64,000 nt of DNA from NCBI GenBank assembly GCA_022563595.1, contig JADFNB010000001.1:65416-129415 (forward strand). The letters run 5' to 3'. The position numbers were made by a program, and so were the translations under genes. The stretch's first letter is position 1. The number at the start of each line of letters is the position of its first letter. The DNA comes from Gemmatimonadota bacterium (GTDB lineage: Bacteria > Gemmatimonadota > Gemmatimonadetes > Gemmatimonadales > GWC2-71-9). Below, piece by piece: positions 47,274 through 57,203 of this stretch. A model generated the notes under the pieces. That model did not search any database. It was not told the DNA's origin and saw nothing but the letters and a program-made list of their open reading frames with translations.

Positions 47274-49252
47274 GCCCCGGCGGGTTCGGCCGGCGGAGTT
47301 CCCAGGACGGTGCCGGGACCGGGCGCCGTCTTTTTCTCGGGCTTGGCCACGGGCAGAGGTGTGGGGATGACCGCGGTCTTCGGTGGGAGTGCCTTCCCCT
47401 CGACCAGCAGCTTGACCTCATCGCGGTCGAGCGTCTCACGATCGAGCAGCGCCTGCGCCATGGTGTCGAGCAGCTCCCGCTCGTGCTGCAGGATCTCCCG
47501 GGCGCGGTGCAGAGCCTCGTCGAGGAGCCGCTTGATCTCGGCATCCACAACCTCGGCTGTCTTCTCCGAGACCTCGTGCCGCCGGGAGATCTCCCGACCG
47601 AGGAAGATGTGTTGCTCGCGCTCACCGACGGCCATGGGGCCCACGATTTCGCTCATGCCGAACTCGGTAACCATGCGGCGCGCCAGCTCGGTCGCGTGCC
47701 GGATGTCCTGCGCGGCGCCCGTCGTGATCTTGTCCGTCCCGAAGATGATCTCTTCCGCCACGCGCCCGCCATACGCCATCGCGAGCTGGCCAAGGATGAA
47801 CTTCTTGGTGTGGGTGCGGCGGTCTTCCTCGGGAAGCGAGACGGTGATGCCGAGCGCCTGGCCGCGCGGAACGATCGTGATCTTGTGGATCGGGTCGAGT
47901 CCCGGAATACGGACGCTCACGATCGCATGCCCCGCTTCGTGATATGCCGTGAGCTTGCGCTCCTCGTCGGTGAGGACGAGGCTCCTGCGCTCGACACCCA
48001 GCATGACCTTGTCCTTGGCATCCTCTAAATCGACCATCTCGAGGTGCTGCTTGGCGCGGCGGGCGGCGAGCAGCGCGGCCTCGTTCACGATGTTGGCGAG
48101 GTCGGCGCCGGCCAGCCCCGGCGTCGCCTTGGCGAGCGTCGCGAGATCTACGTCCTTGGAGAGCGGCTTTTCCCGTGCGTGCACCTTGAGAATCATCTCG
48201 CGACCGCGCACATCGGGCATATCGACCACGACATGGCGGTCGAACCGGCCCGGCCGCAGGAGCGCCGGGTCTAGCACGTCGGGACGGTTGGTCGCCGCAA
48301 TGAGGATGACCCCTTCATTCGACTCGAACCCATCCATCTCCACAAGCAACTGATTCAGCGTCTGTTCCCGCTCGTCGTGACCACCGCCCAACCCTGCACC
48401 ACGGTGCCGCCCGACCGCGTCGATCTCGTCGATGAAGATGATGCAGGGGGCATGCGCCTTCCCCTGCTCGAAGAGGTCACGAACCCGGGAGGCGCCGACA
48501 CCGACGAACATCTCGACGAAATCCGATCCCGACATGGAGAAAAACGGTCGGGCGGCCTCGCCCGCCACTGCGCGCGCGAGGAGCGTCTTCCCGGTGCCGG
48601 GCGGGCCCACCAGCAACACGCCCTTCGGGAGTCGCCCTCCGAGCCGTTGGAACTTTTGCGGGTCTTTCAGGAACTCGATGATCTCCTGAAGCTCGGCCTT
48701 TGCCTCGTCCGCCCCGGCCACGTCGCCGAAGGTGACCTTCGGCGTATCACCGGTGAGCAGCTTCGCCTTGGACTTGCCGAACGCGAACGCCCGATTCCCA
48801 CCCGCCTGGACCTGGCGGAAGAAGAAGAGCCAGAGCCCTATCAGGATCACCCACGGCAGGAGCGAAATGAACACGGTGCCAAACGAGGTCTTCGGCTCCT
48901 TCGCCCGAATGGGGACACCCTGATCCTCGATGCGTTGAATCAGCATCTCGGAGTTCTGGATCGGGAACAAGACCCTGAACCGGGTGACGCGGTTCCCGTC
49001 CTGGGCGGTCACCGCCTGGCGGAACTCACCCTGTACGTACTGGCCGCTGGTGATCTCGACCTCGACCACGTTCCCCTGCTCGAGCTGGCGGGCGTACACC
49101 GAGTAGTTGACCTCGACGTAGTCCTCGCGGCCCGAGTCGATCATCTGATAGAACACAAACGGCAACAGGATGACGAGCATCCAGAAGACCGCCGTCTTAC
49201 TCGTCTGTCCCCAGTTGAGCTTCTTGTTGTTGCGTGGCGTGCGTTCCGCCAT
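47270..49252 (-). CDS. ftsH: ATP-dependent zinc metalloprotease FtsH
   Basis: [13 protein letters not shown] (Walker A), IIFIDEID (Walker B), [18 protein letters not shown] (SRH) and HEAGHAI (HExxH). Confidence 0.98.
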   Translation of the reverse strand: MAERTPRNNKKLNWGQTSKTAVFWMLVILLPFVFYQMIDSGREDYVEVNYSVYARQLEQGNVVEVEITSGQYVQGEFRQAVTAQDGNRVTRFRVLFPIQNSEMLIQRIEDQGVPIRAKEPKTSFGTVFISLLPWVILIGLWLFFFRQVQAGGNRAFAFGKSKAKLLTGDTPKVTFGDVAGADEAKAELQEIIEFLKDPQKFQRLGGRLPKGVLLVGPPGTGKTLLARAVAGEAARPFFSMSGSDFVEMFVGVGASRVRDLFEQGKAHAPCIIFIDEIDAVGRHRGAGLGGGHDEREQTLNQLLVEMDGFESNEGVILIAATNRPDVLDPALLRPGRFDRHVVVDMPDVRGREMILKVHAREKPLSKDVDLATLAKATPGLAGADLANIVNEAALLAARRAKQHLEMVDLEDAKDKVMLGVERRSLVLTDEERKLTAYHEAGHAIVSVRIPGLDPIHKITIVPRGQALGITVSLPEEDRRTHTKKFILGQLAMAYGGRVAEEIIFGTDKITTGAAQDIRHATELARRMVTEFGMSEIVGPMAVGEREQHIFLGREISRRHEVSEKTAEVVDAEIKRLLDEALHRAREILQHERELLDTMAQALLDRETLDRDEVKLLVEGKALPPKTAVIPTPLPVAKPEKKTAPGPGTVLGTPPAEPAGA

Positions 49253-49280
49253 AGTGTCCTTCTATTCCTTCCGTTCCAAT

Positions 49281-49838
49281 CTATTCGTTCAGGCTCGCGA
49301 TGAACGGCAGGTGCCGAAAATCTTCCGCGTGATCGAGCCCGTACCCGACCAGGAACTGTTGCGGCGCGTCGAACCCCACAAAGCGCGGCTCCAGCTCGAG
49401 CTGCGCGGCGATGCGCTTGTGCAGCAGCGCGCAGATCTCGAGACTGCGTGGCCGCCGCTCTCTCAGCAACCGCACCAGGCGGTTGATGGTGTTCCCCGAA
49501 TCGACGATATCCTCGACGAGGATGATGTGCTTCCCCTTGAGCGTCGTCTCGGGATCGTAGAGCAACCGCACGTTGCCCGAAGAGGTCGTGCCGCTGCCGT
49601 ACGACGATGCTACCATGAAGTCTACCTGGTGTGGTCGCAAAATGCTCCGCACCAGGTCGCCCAGGAAGATAAAGCTCCCCTTCAACAACCCCAGCACCAG
49701 CAGCTCGCCGTCGGGGTATTGCTCGGTGACCTCGAGCCCCAATTCCCGCACCCGCCGGGCGATGGTCTGCTCGTCGTAGGTGACGCCCGCGATCTCGCGG
49801 CCACCCGTGAGCCTAAGGATATCGGTTGCGGCGTGCAT
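49281..49838 (-). CDS. hpt: Hypoxanthine-guanine phosphoribosyltransferase
   Basis: HIILVEDIVDSGNT is the PRPP-binding motif. YGLDHAEDFRHLPFI lies at the C-terminus. Confidence 0.93.
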   Translation of the reverse strand: MHAATDILRLTGGREIAGVTYDEQTIARRVRELGLEVTEQYPDGELLVLGLLKGSFIFLGDLVRSILRPHQVDFMVASSYGSGTTSSGNVRLLYDPETTLKGKHIILVEDIVDSGNTINRLVRLLRERRPRSLEICALLHKRIAAQLELEPRFVGFDAPQQFLVGYGLDHAEDFRHLPFIASLNE

Positions 49839-51159
49839 CGAGCCTCAATGCCGGTTCGCCCGGGTTCGGAAGAGCGGCGTCGCTTCGACAGATGCCCGGA
49901 ATCCAGAGAATGTCGCCGTCACGGACGACGAGCGGATAGCTATGCCGTTCGGAGCGCGGGACACGCGCCTCCATCAACACTCGACGGACTTTGCGACGAC
50001 CCACGCCTCCGAGCGGCCGAATACGGTCTCCCGGCAGCAGGCCGCGGATGATCCCCGCCCCGGGCGTCATCCAAGTCGTGGTCGCGTCACGGCGCCCGCG
50101 TCCAGCGGCGTCCCGAGACCAGGCGATGCTCCAGCCGCCCCAGCGCAGCTCTCCATGGTCTGCCCCACCCCAATCCACCTCGGACGGACGCGCTGACGGG
50201 CGGTAGATCCGCAGGCGGTCGAACGCGGTCTCCGCGAGCCAACCGCTGCCCAACTCCATGGCGCGACCGCTCTCGCTGCCTGCGGAGAAAGCCAAGACCC
50301 GTCGTGCGTGCGCGTCGGCGAGCCGGCATCCGGCTGCGCGGGCAGCAGCACGCAACAGAGCCACCGACAACGTTTTATCATACCGTTGCAGGAAGGGCCG
50401 AGCAACCTCGACACCACCGTCGATGGGCCGATACTCGAGCGCATCGAGCGCGGTCAATACCGCGTCCCAGGCCTCCCGCTCATCCTGCGCCTGCCGCGCC
50501 ACCCGCAGCACACGATCGTCCAAGTCACCGTAGCGCTCCCGCAGGAGCGGCAACGCGCGCCCGCGGATCCACGACCGTTCATGAACCGGGTCAGCGTTCG
50601 CGGGGTCGACCGCGACGATGAGTTCGGGCGCGCGCTCACGCAGCCACGCCTCGACCTCACGTTTGTGAAACGGCAGCAGCGGGCGAATCAGACCGCGCGG
50701 ACCGCGAACCGGGATACCCGCGAGTCCCGCCGGCCCCGAACCGCGCAGGAACCGAAACAGCAGGGTCTCAACTTGGTCGTCCGCGTGGTGTGCCGTCACG
50801 AGATAGCGTGCGTCCAACTCCGCCTGCAGGCGACGCAGCGCGCGGTACCGCTCGCGCCGGGCCACGGTCTCCGATGTTCGGGCACCGAGCGCCAGACGCA
50901 CTACGTACGAGGCCACGCCGATATGCTCGGCAGCAGCCTGGACCGTGCGTCCCCAATCGGCACTTTGCACCACGATCCCATGATCGACGTAGGCGACCGC
51001 GAGGTGGAGCCCGCAGTCCGGGCAGGCGTCGTGCAGCAGATGGAGCAGCGCGAGCGAGTCGGGTCCGCCGCTCACGGCGACGAGTGCCAACCCCGGCTCG
51101 GGGAAGAGGTTCTCCCGAGTGAGGTGTTCCCGAAAGCGCACCCCCAGGTCGTCCCGCAC
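49813..51159 (-). CDS. tilS: tRNA(Ile)-lysidine synthase
   Basis: LVAVSGGPDSLALLHLL is the PP-loop SGGxDS. The start is uncertain: GTG at 51157-51159 was chosen, just downstream of the preceding gene's stop at 51176, and the track ORF extends to 51309. Confidence 0.85.
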   Translation of the reverse strand: MRDDLGVRFREHLTRENLFPEPGLALVAVSGGPDSLALLHLLHDACPDCGLHLAVAYVDHGIVVQSADWGRTVQAAAEHIGVASYVVRLALGARTSETVARRERYRALRRLQAELDARYLVTAHHADDQVETLLFRFLRGSGPAGLAGIPVRGPRGLIRPLLPFHKREVEAWLRERAPELIVAVDPANADPVHERSWIRGRALPLLRERYGDLDDRVLRVARQAQDEREAWDAVLTALDALEYRPIDGGVEVARPFLQRYDKTLSVALLRAAARAAGCRLADAHARRVLAFSAGSESGRAMELGSGWLAETAFDRLRIYRPSARPSEVDWGGADHGELRWGGWSIAWSRDAAGRGRRDATTTWMTPGAGIIRGLLPGDRIRPLGGVGRRKVRRVLMEARVPRSERHSYPLVVRDGDILWIPGICRSDAALPNPGEPALRLDARRNRYP

Positions 51160-51175
51160 GATCAGGCGCTCCCGC

Positions 51176-51652
51176 TCAACTCTCGCCCGTCCCGGTGGCG
51201 CGCCTGCGGGCCTCTGCAAGATATCCGGGTCGCAGCTCGAGCAGCGTCGATAGCTTGCGCATGAGATAACTCTCGTGTTTCTCGAGTTCGCCGTCGGCGT
51301 ACACCACACGCCACATGATCTCGGCTAGCACCATTCGCTGACCCTCGTCGTAGTTGGTCGTGATCAGCGACGTGAATTGATAGAGATCGACCGACGCACG
51401 CCGTTCCCGGTCGGCGAGCGCGATCAGCTCGCGCGACATCTCGGGTGAGAGCGCGAAATGCCGCTCGAGCACCTCCTCGATGTGCGCGCGCTCATCGTCG
51501 GTAAACTCGTCATCCGCGTGCGCCAGCTCCAACAGAAGCGCGCAGGCCGCGACTTGAACCGGATCGTGACCGTGGGTCGGCGCCGGCGCCGCCACGGGCT
51601 CAGCCGCCATGTTCTTCTGGAAGAATGCCTGAATCGCCTTGAGCACGCTCAC
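51176..51652 (-). CDS. TerB-family (tellurite-resistance-like) protein
   Basis: LLLELAHADDEFTDDERAHIEEVL and VLAEIMWRVVYADGELEKHESYLMRKL, the duplicated acidic helix pattern of TerB-like domains. Confidence 0.65.
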   Translation of the reverse strand: MSVLKAIQAFFQKNMAAEPVAAPAPTHGHDPVQVAACALLLELAHADDEFTDDERAHIEEVLERHFALSPEMSRELIALADRERRASVDLYQFTSLITTNYDEGQRMVLAEIMWRVVYADGELEKHESYLMRKLSTLLELRPGYLAEARRRATGTGES

Positions 51653-52173
51653 GACCCCGGTTCAGTTTCTGGAACGAAGGCAAGCTCTACAATCTTCCAT
51701 ACCCCGTTAAGCCGCAAGAGGATGAAGGCATCGATCCCTTCCCACTCGGCCACGTTTCCCGCGTCCCCGAACCGAGCCCGATAGCGCACCCACGCCTGTG
51801 CCAGGTCACCCGCGATCGTGACCGTGGCATCGAGCATCGTTTCCTCGAAGATCTCACGACTCCCGGGCCCTGACGGGGCCTGTGCGACGAACTCCGGGAC
51901 CGGGGTCACCACCACCCGCACGGCCGTCTCGCCCGGAGGCTGCCATGCCGTGGTCACGTCGGCACCCGGCCAGAAGTGCGAGGCGAACGCTTCCCAATCC
52001 CGCGCCGAAAAGTCCCGGTAGTAGGCCTCGAGTTCGGCGACGACCCCAGCCTGCTCGGCGACATCGGGATCGGCCGGCGCGCGGACCGGGTGCTCCTCGA
52101 TCCGGCACGCCATAGCGAGGACCAATACGACCAACACCGCTGTGGACTTCCCCATCACTCGCCGCGATTCCAC
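51649..52173 (-). CDS. Putative lipoprotein, SnoaL/DUF4440-like (NTF2 fold)
   Basis: Lipobox-like LVLAMAC near the N-terminus. YYRDFSARDWEAFASHFW is typical of NTF2-like/DUF4440 proteins. Family assignment is tentative. Confidence 0.5.
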   Translation of the reverse strand: MESRRVMGKSTAVLVVLVLAMACRIEEHPVRAPADPDVAEQAGVVAELEAYYRDFSARDWEAFASHFWPGADVTTAWQPPGETAVRVVVTPVPEFVAQAPSGPGSREIFEETMLDATVTIAGDLAQAWVRYRARFGDAGNVAEWEGIDAFILLRLNGVWKIVELAFVPETEPGS

Positions 52174-52835
52174 TGCACGACCTCGTCAAGTGTCTTCCGG
52201 GAGATGTCGGGCACCTTGGCATCATCCGCCGGATACCCCACCGGAAAGAGGATATACGGTTTCTCGTTGGCAGGCCGCTCCAGAAGCTCCGCCAGGAAAC
52301 CCATGGGGCTGGGCGTGTGGGTCACCGTTGCCAGTCCCATCGAATGAATAGCGGCGATGAACAGCCCGCACGCCAATCCAACGCTCTCATTCACGTAGTA
52401 GTTGGTGACCTTGCGGCCCCGGTCGTCCCGCCCGTATGTCTCCTTGAACACCACAACCAGGACGGGCGCGGTCTCCAAGAACGGCTTCCGCCAATCGGTG
52501 CCGAGGGGTGCCAGCGCATCCTTCCACTCCTGCGGAAAGCGATGCTCATAACTCTCCTTTTCCTCCTTCTCGGCCGCAATCCGGATCTGCCGCTTGAGAT
52601 CACGGTCGTCGACGATGACGAAGCGCCACGGCTGACGGTTAGCGCCGGACGGAGCACTGCACGCGGTGCGGATCGCGAGGTCGATACATTCCTTCGGCGG
52701 CGGCTCGCTCGTGAAGTGGCGCACGGAGCGGCGGCGCCACATACGGTCGAGGAACTCCCGCCCGGCCCGCACCATCACGTCCGGGTCGAGCCGCTCGAAG
52801 TCGAGGGGGATGAACTTGGGCTCGATGGTGGTCAT
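52155..52835 (-). CDS. Nitroreductase-family flavoprotein
   Basis: RRSVRHFTSEP and SAPSGANRQPWRFVIV, the classic nitroreductase FMN-binding motifs. Confidence 0.85.
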   Translation of the reverse strand: MTTIEPKFIPLDFERLDPDVMVRAGREFLDRMWRRRSVRHFTSEPPPKECIDLAIRTACSAPSGANRQPWRFVIVDDRDLKRQIRIAAEKEEKESYEHRFPQEWKDALAPLGTDWRKPFLETAPVLVVVFKETYGRDDRGRKVTNYYVNESVGLACGLFIAAIHSMGLATVTHTPSPMGFLAELLERPANEKPYILFPVGYPADDAKVPDISRKTLDEVVQWNRGE

Positions 52836-53020
52836 GCGCCGAGTCTCTAGCTGTGGTGGTGCGCTCGGGCAACGGTATGCGCGGCGCGTGCGTTGGTGAC
52901 GACCCGATCAAGTTCGCCGGTACCGGGGGCCCGCGCTAGATTGCGGCCGTGGGCATCGAATATCAACGTGAGGAACGGCACTGTACGCTCTCCGGCTATA
53001 GCGGCCGCACGACTGAGGTC

Positions 53021-53347
53021 ATGGTCGAGCTTATCTCGTTCGACCGCACGCAACGCATGCGACGCGCGTGGCTGGGACTAGCCGCGTGGTGGGCCGCCGC
53101 CGCCGCCACGGTGTTCATACCCGTGGCGCATTTCTTTCTGGTCCCCGGATTCTTCGCGTTTGGAATCTACAGCTTCTTGCAGCGTGCCCGTACCGCGGTG
53201 GTCGCGGTCGCGGTGAGCGGTATCTGCCCGGATTGTGAAGCCGAACAGAAGTTCGAGGCCCCGGCCCGGTGGAGCGAGTCCGTCACCCTCGCCTGCGCGA
53301 ACTGCGGGCGGAGCCTGAGGCTCACTGCCCCACAGCCGGCGGTCTGA
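53021..53347 (+). CDS. Small membrane protein with a C-terminal CxxC...CxxC zinc-ribbon
   Basis: Internal ATG (MVELISFDRTQ..). Two TM helices, then CPDCEAEQ....CANCG. No family assigned. Confidence 0.4.
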   Translation: MVELISFDRTQRMRRAWLGLAAWWAAAAATVFIPVAHFFLVPGFFAFGIYSFLQRARTAVVAVAVSGICPDCEAEQKFEAPARWSESVTLACANCGRSLRLTAPQPAV

Positions 53348-53658
53348 ACGGGTCCGTGACGCGTTCCTCGGCCGAATCAGCGGCGTAGTAGCCCGCGCCG
53401 CGAGCCCTTCCGGCGACTCGTACCAGCCGTCCCTACACTCAACCACCCCGCGATGCTTGCGGCTGGAACCATGCTAACATCATATGCCAACATCATTTAC
53501 ATGACCGCATCGGAGCCGGCGCCCCGTCACCGTAGCGCGGCGTTGTCCCCTTCAAACAGCGCATCCACCGTAGGGATGCGCTCCCGCAACATCTTGGCGG
53601 CGCCGTACGCTCAGGCATGGCGGGCGGGGCCACCCCGCGCACAGCTTGCGAGCACGTG

Positions 53659-54240
53659 ATGCCAAACCCTCGCCGAACGATTCTTGTCGCCGCTGTGCTG
53701 TTCGAGGGCGGCCTGCTGCTGGCGGCATGGGTCGGCGGACGGCTGACGGGACACCCGCCCTTCTCGGGCGCGGTCGTAACGCTGCCCGCCATAGCCTGGG
53801 GAGTCGCGGCAACGCTACCGCCACTCCTGGCCTTGGGAGGCCTGACCCGGTGTCGCTGGCCGCCGTTCCGGCGCCTGCTGGAGTCGGTCGACGCCGCCGT
53901 CACCCCGCTGTTCGTCCGGTGCACTCTGGTCCAGCTCGCGGTGATCGCCGCGGTTGCGGGTCTGGGGGAAGAGGCGTTGTTCCGCGGGCTGATCCAGGGC
54001 GGCGCCGTCGAGTGGTTGGGAGACGCCGGCGGGCTCCTCGCTGCCAGCGTGTTGTTCGGGCTCGCCCACCTGGTGACCCCGGTCTATGCCATTCTGGCGG
54101 GAATAATGGGGCTCTACCTCGGCGTACTCCAACTGTGGTCCGGCAACCTGGTCGTACCGATCGTGGCCCACGCAGTGTACGATCTAGGGGCGCTGCTCTA
54201 TCTGGTTCGCGGCCGCCTCCGCGCCAGCCGTGAGCCATAG
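53659..54240 (+). CDS. CPBP-family intramembrane glutamic endopeptidase (CAAX protease-like)
   Basis: GLGEEALFRGL (EExxxR), FGLAH and IVAHAVYD, the three CPBP motifs. The start is uncertain (ATG 53659 chosen). Confidence 0.8.
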   Translation: MPNPRRTILVAAVLFEGGLLLAAWVGGRLTGHPPFSGAVVTLPAIAWGVAATLPPLLALGGLTRCRWPPFRRLLESVDAAVTPLFVRCTLVQLAVIAAVAGLGEEALFRGLIQGGAVEWLGDAGGLLAASVLFGLAHLVTPVYAILAGIMGLYLGVLQLWSGNLVVPIVAHAVYDLGALLYLVRGRLRASREP

Positions 54241-54263
54241 CACCCGGCGGGAGGAAGCGTGAT

Positions 54264-54530
54264 ATGAAACGAGTCCTGGGACGCGTGCTCCGCCTGGTCC
54301 TCGTCTTTGCGGCGGGCGCAGCCACCGGCTACTACGCTCGCGATCGGCGACAGGGCGACGAGCTGCGCGAGGCGGTCGAGCGGGCGCGGCGCGAGATGCT
54401 GGATGTCGGTCTGGGGGCGATCGAACGTGCCCGGCAGGCCGGCGCGGGACTCACGGCGGGCGCGGAGGCGGCCGCCGAGAGCACACGGGCAGCGTTTGGG
54501 AAGCTGCTGGACGACGATGACGCCCGGTGA
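54264..54530 (+). CDS. Small hypothetical protein with an N-terminal TM helix (YtxH-like flavour)
   Basis: 88-aa ORF: LRLVLVFAAGAATGYY followed by a charged helical region. Weak evidence. Confidence 0.4.
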   Translation: MKRVLGRVLRLVLVFAAGAATGYYARDRRQGDELREAVERARREMLDVGLGAIERARQAGAGLTAGAEAAAESTRAAFGKLLDDDDAR

Positions 54531-54566
54531 CGGACGCTCCGGTGTCGGCCCGCGTCCCGACCGCGA

Positions 54567-55178
54567 TCAGAACAGGAAGCCGGCGCTCACCCGCAGCGTA
54601 TTGGCCTGCCGGACGTCGCCGGTCGTCACGCTGAATCCGCCCGCGGTGAACTGCTCGTCGGTGATCCCCGAGAGGCCGAACGTATATCGAATCTCGCCCA
54701 GCAACGGGCCGACTTGCACGCCGACGCCGACGCCGGCATTGGCGACGACCGCTTTCAGGTCATCCTCGAAATCGGGCTCGGCGTCGGTCGAAAGGAGATA
54801 GTAGAACTCCGGACCGACAAACAGATACAGCAGCGGCAATCGCAGTCGCAGATCCACCGGCACGGTCACATAATCGACATCGAAGTCGCCGTTGCCTAGA
54901 AAGCTCGCCCCCTCGAACAGTGCGCCCATACGCAGGAAGTTGACTCCCACCCGGACCCCCACGACCGGAAGCGCTAGATCGGCGAAGGCGCCAAAATGGA
55001 ATCCGGTGCGGTTGTCGAATGTCTCGCTCACGCTCCCCAGCCGGACGTCGTCGAACGAGGTGAAGTTCACACCGCCGCGAATCCCGAACCCTACCTGGGC
55101 GGCGGCATTGGACGGTGTCCCCCCAACCAGCGTGACCAAGATCGCGAGTGCCGTGACACCCGGTAGCGGACGCTCCAT
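54567..55178 (-). CDS. Outer-membrane beta-barrel protein (OmpA-like transmembrane/porin-family fold)
   Basis: Signal peptide ending NAAAQ. Alternating hydrophobic beta-strand pattern with a C-terminal aromatic residue (..LRVSAGFLF). Confidence 0.7.
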   Translation of the reverse strand: MERPLPGVTALAILVTLVGGTPSNAAAQVGFGIRGGVNFTSFDDVRLGSVSETFDNRTGFHFGAFADLALPVVGVRVGVNFLRMGALFEGASFLGNGDFDVDYVTVPVDLRLRLPLLYLFVGPEFYYLLSTDAEPDFEDDLKAVVANAGVGVGVQVGPLLGEIRYTFGLSGITDEQFTAGGFSVTTGDVRQANTLRVSAGFLF

Positions 55179-55273
55179 AGTGATCTTCTCGAGGTTGTGG
55201 ACAGCCGCAATCTAATGGAGGCAGTCAAGCCTTCCCCTTGCGGCCCGCTGGGGGCTCGGCAACGTTGCCCATC

Positions 55274-56470
55274 ATGGTGTCACCCCACACGCTCATCGTC
55301 GGCGCCGGCATCTACGGGGTGACCGCGGCACTCGAGCTGCGCGCGCGCGGGCACCGCGTCACCGTCGTCGATCCCGGTCCCCTGCCCCATTCACTGGCCG
55401 CCAGCACCGACATCAGCAAGGTCATCCGCATGGAATACGGTCCGGACGACGCCTACATGGGGTTGATGGAGGAGGCCCGCGACGGCTGGCTCCGTTGGAA
55501 CGCCGAGTGGGCGGCGAGCGCTGCCGATCCGCTCTACCACGAGACCGGCGTCGTCATGGTCTGTCGCGCTGCGATGGAGCCCGGCGGGTTCGAGTACGAC
55601 AGCTGGCAAACGCTCCGTGCTCGCGGCCACGCGCCGGAGCGCATGAGCGCGGAGGATCTCGTCAGACGGTTTCCCGCCTGGAGCAGCGGGCTATACGTCG
55701 ACGGATTCTTCCACGCGCAGGGAGGCTACGCGGAGAGCGGCCGGGTGGTCGAGCGATTGATCCGATCGGCGGTGCGTAGCGGGGTGAGCGTCGTGTCGGG
55801 ATGCCGCATGACCGCGCTGGTCGAGCGTGACGGACGGGTGAGAGGTGTGCGCGACGAGCACGGCAACGCGCTGGCGGCGGATCATGTCGTGGTCGCGGCG
55901 GGGGCGTGGACCGGGAGGCTTCTCGGGCACCTGGGCGACTCCATCAGTGCGAGCGGCCACCCGGTCTTCCACTTGCGGCCGCCCGATCCGGAGCTGTTCC
56001 GGGCCGAACGGTTCCCGACGTTCACCGCGGACGTAGCCCGCACGGGCTACTACGGTTTCCCGCTGCACCCCACGGCGGGCATCGTGAAGATCGCGAACCA
56101 CGGGCTCGGCGTAGCCGTCGATCCCGACGGCCCGCGGAACGTTCCCCGAGCCGAGGTCGAGCGCCTGCGGGATTTCCTGGCCGCAACGTTCCCCGCCCTC
56201 GCCGACGCCGAGATCGTCTCTACGCGGCTCTGCCTCTACGCCGATACCCAGGACGAGGACTTCTGGATCGCGCGCGATCCGGAGCGCGACGGGCTCACGG
56301 TTGCCGGCGGCGGTAGTGGACACGGGTTCAAGTTCGCGCCCGTTCTGGGAGCGATCATCGCCGACGCCGTGGAGGGACGCGACAACCGGTGGCTGGAAAG
56401 GTTCCGCTGGCGCCCCGATGTGCGGCTGGCGCACGGCGGCGAAGCCGCCCGGTGCCACACGGCTCACTGA
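55274..56470 (+). CDS. FAD-dependent oxidoreductase (DAO/sarcosine-oxidase-like)
   Basis: LIVGAGIYGVTAALELRARGHRVTVVD is a GxGxxG dinucleotide fold. GGSGHGFKFAPVLG lies near the C-terminus. Start chosen at MVSPHT. Confidence 0.85.
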   Translation: MVSPHTLIVGAGIYGVTAALELRARGHRVTVVDPGPLPHSLAASTDISKVIRMEYGPDDAYMGLMEEARDGWLRWNAEWAASAADPLYHETGVVMVCRAAMEPGGFEYDSWQTLRARGHAPERMSAEDLVRRFPAWSSGLYVDGFFHAQGGYAESGRVVERLIRSAVRSGVSVVSGCRMTALVERDGRVRGVRDEHGNALAADHVVVAAGAWTGRLLGHLGDSISASGHPVFHLRPPDPELFRAERFPTFTADVARTGYYGFPLHPTAGIVKIANHGLGVAVDPDGPRNVPRAEVERLRDFLAATFPALADAEIVSTRLCLYADTQDEDFWIARDPERDGLTVAGGGSGHGFKFAPVLGAIIADAVEGRDNRWLERFRWRPDVRLAHGGEAARCHTAH

Positions 56471-56528
56471 CCCACGGCACAGACTCCCGAGCCGCGGACA
56501 TCCTGACGCCCGACCATCCCTCTCAGTG

Positions 56529-56873
56529 CTAGTCGCTTGCGAACGACTCCGCCAAGCGCACACCGCGCTCGAGGTGTCGCTCGAACTCGCCTAGTGCCGG
56601 CGTGCGGCTCGCTTCCAGGAGTTCCTTCAGACGGATGGTGACCTGGTGACGTTCTAGCGGCGGGTTGGTGGCTATTGAGTCCTTCCACAGCGCCTCGGTG
56701 GCGTCGTGGAACGCTACGACCTCATCGAGGTCCGCGTCGTCGTAGCGTTTGTGCAGGATGCCGTCGCGAATATCGGACACGATCCGCCCGAGGAGTATCT
56801 GGACGGATTCGCGTGCCCCCCACCCCACAGTGGAAATGCGCCGGACGAACTCCGACCGTCGGATCTCGCTCAT
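56529..56873 (-). CDS. Hypothetical protein
   Basis: ORF from the internal ATG (MSEIRRSEFV...). No recognisable motif. Coding status is inferred only from length and codon look. Confidence 0.35.
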   Translation of the reverse strand: MSEIRRSEFVRRISTVGWGARESVQILLGRIVSDIRDGILHKRYDDADLDEVVAFHDATEALWKDSIATNPPLERHQVTIRLKELLEASRTPALGEFERHLERGVRLAESFASD

Positions 56874-57203
56874 GCCTCGTTTCCCCCGTCCACCGGGCCG
56901 CTGGATGATCTCCGTGTGCTCACTATCTACCCACCTCACACCACACGAGTTCAAGTTGCACCGACGCGCCTGCCGGAGCCAACCGGCAGGCCCCCGGACG
57001 GCAACGATCGGGCGGTGCGGGCTACCCCTTCAAGAGAGCGCATGGAGGCCAACTCCTGCCATCAGAACAAGTTGCTCCTAACGGGCTATGCGATTACTGA
57101 ATCCTTCATTAGGGAATCTGTAGGAAACCCGAGCGCGCCTGTTTCCTTAGAAGTATCTTTGCGCAGTCACCTGACGTTCTGTTCCACTGCAGAAAGGGGC
57201 GAT

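Noticed and set aside
53559-53581. 8-bp hairpin GCGCATCC-ACCGTAG-GGATGCGC upstream of the CPBP gene, considered as a terminator or attenuator.
   Set aside because: No following U-tract and no recognisable leader peptide or riboswitch context. The evidence is too weak.
56968-56991. Perfect 9-bp hairpin GCCTGCCGG-AGCCAA-CCGGCAGGC, considered as a terminator.
   Set aside because: There is no U-tract on either strand, and it lies in a divergent promoter region rather than at a gene 3' end. Its function is undetermined.
56706-57203. Upstream 166 codons of track ORF 56706..57431.
   Set aside because: They are antisense to or overlapping gene 56529..56873 and have no protein-like features. The Prx-like sequence with an RBS and signal peptide starts only at ATG 57204.
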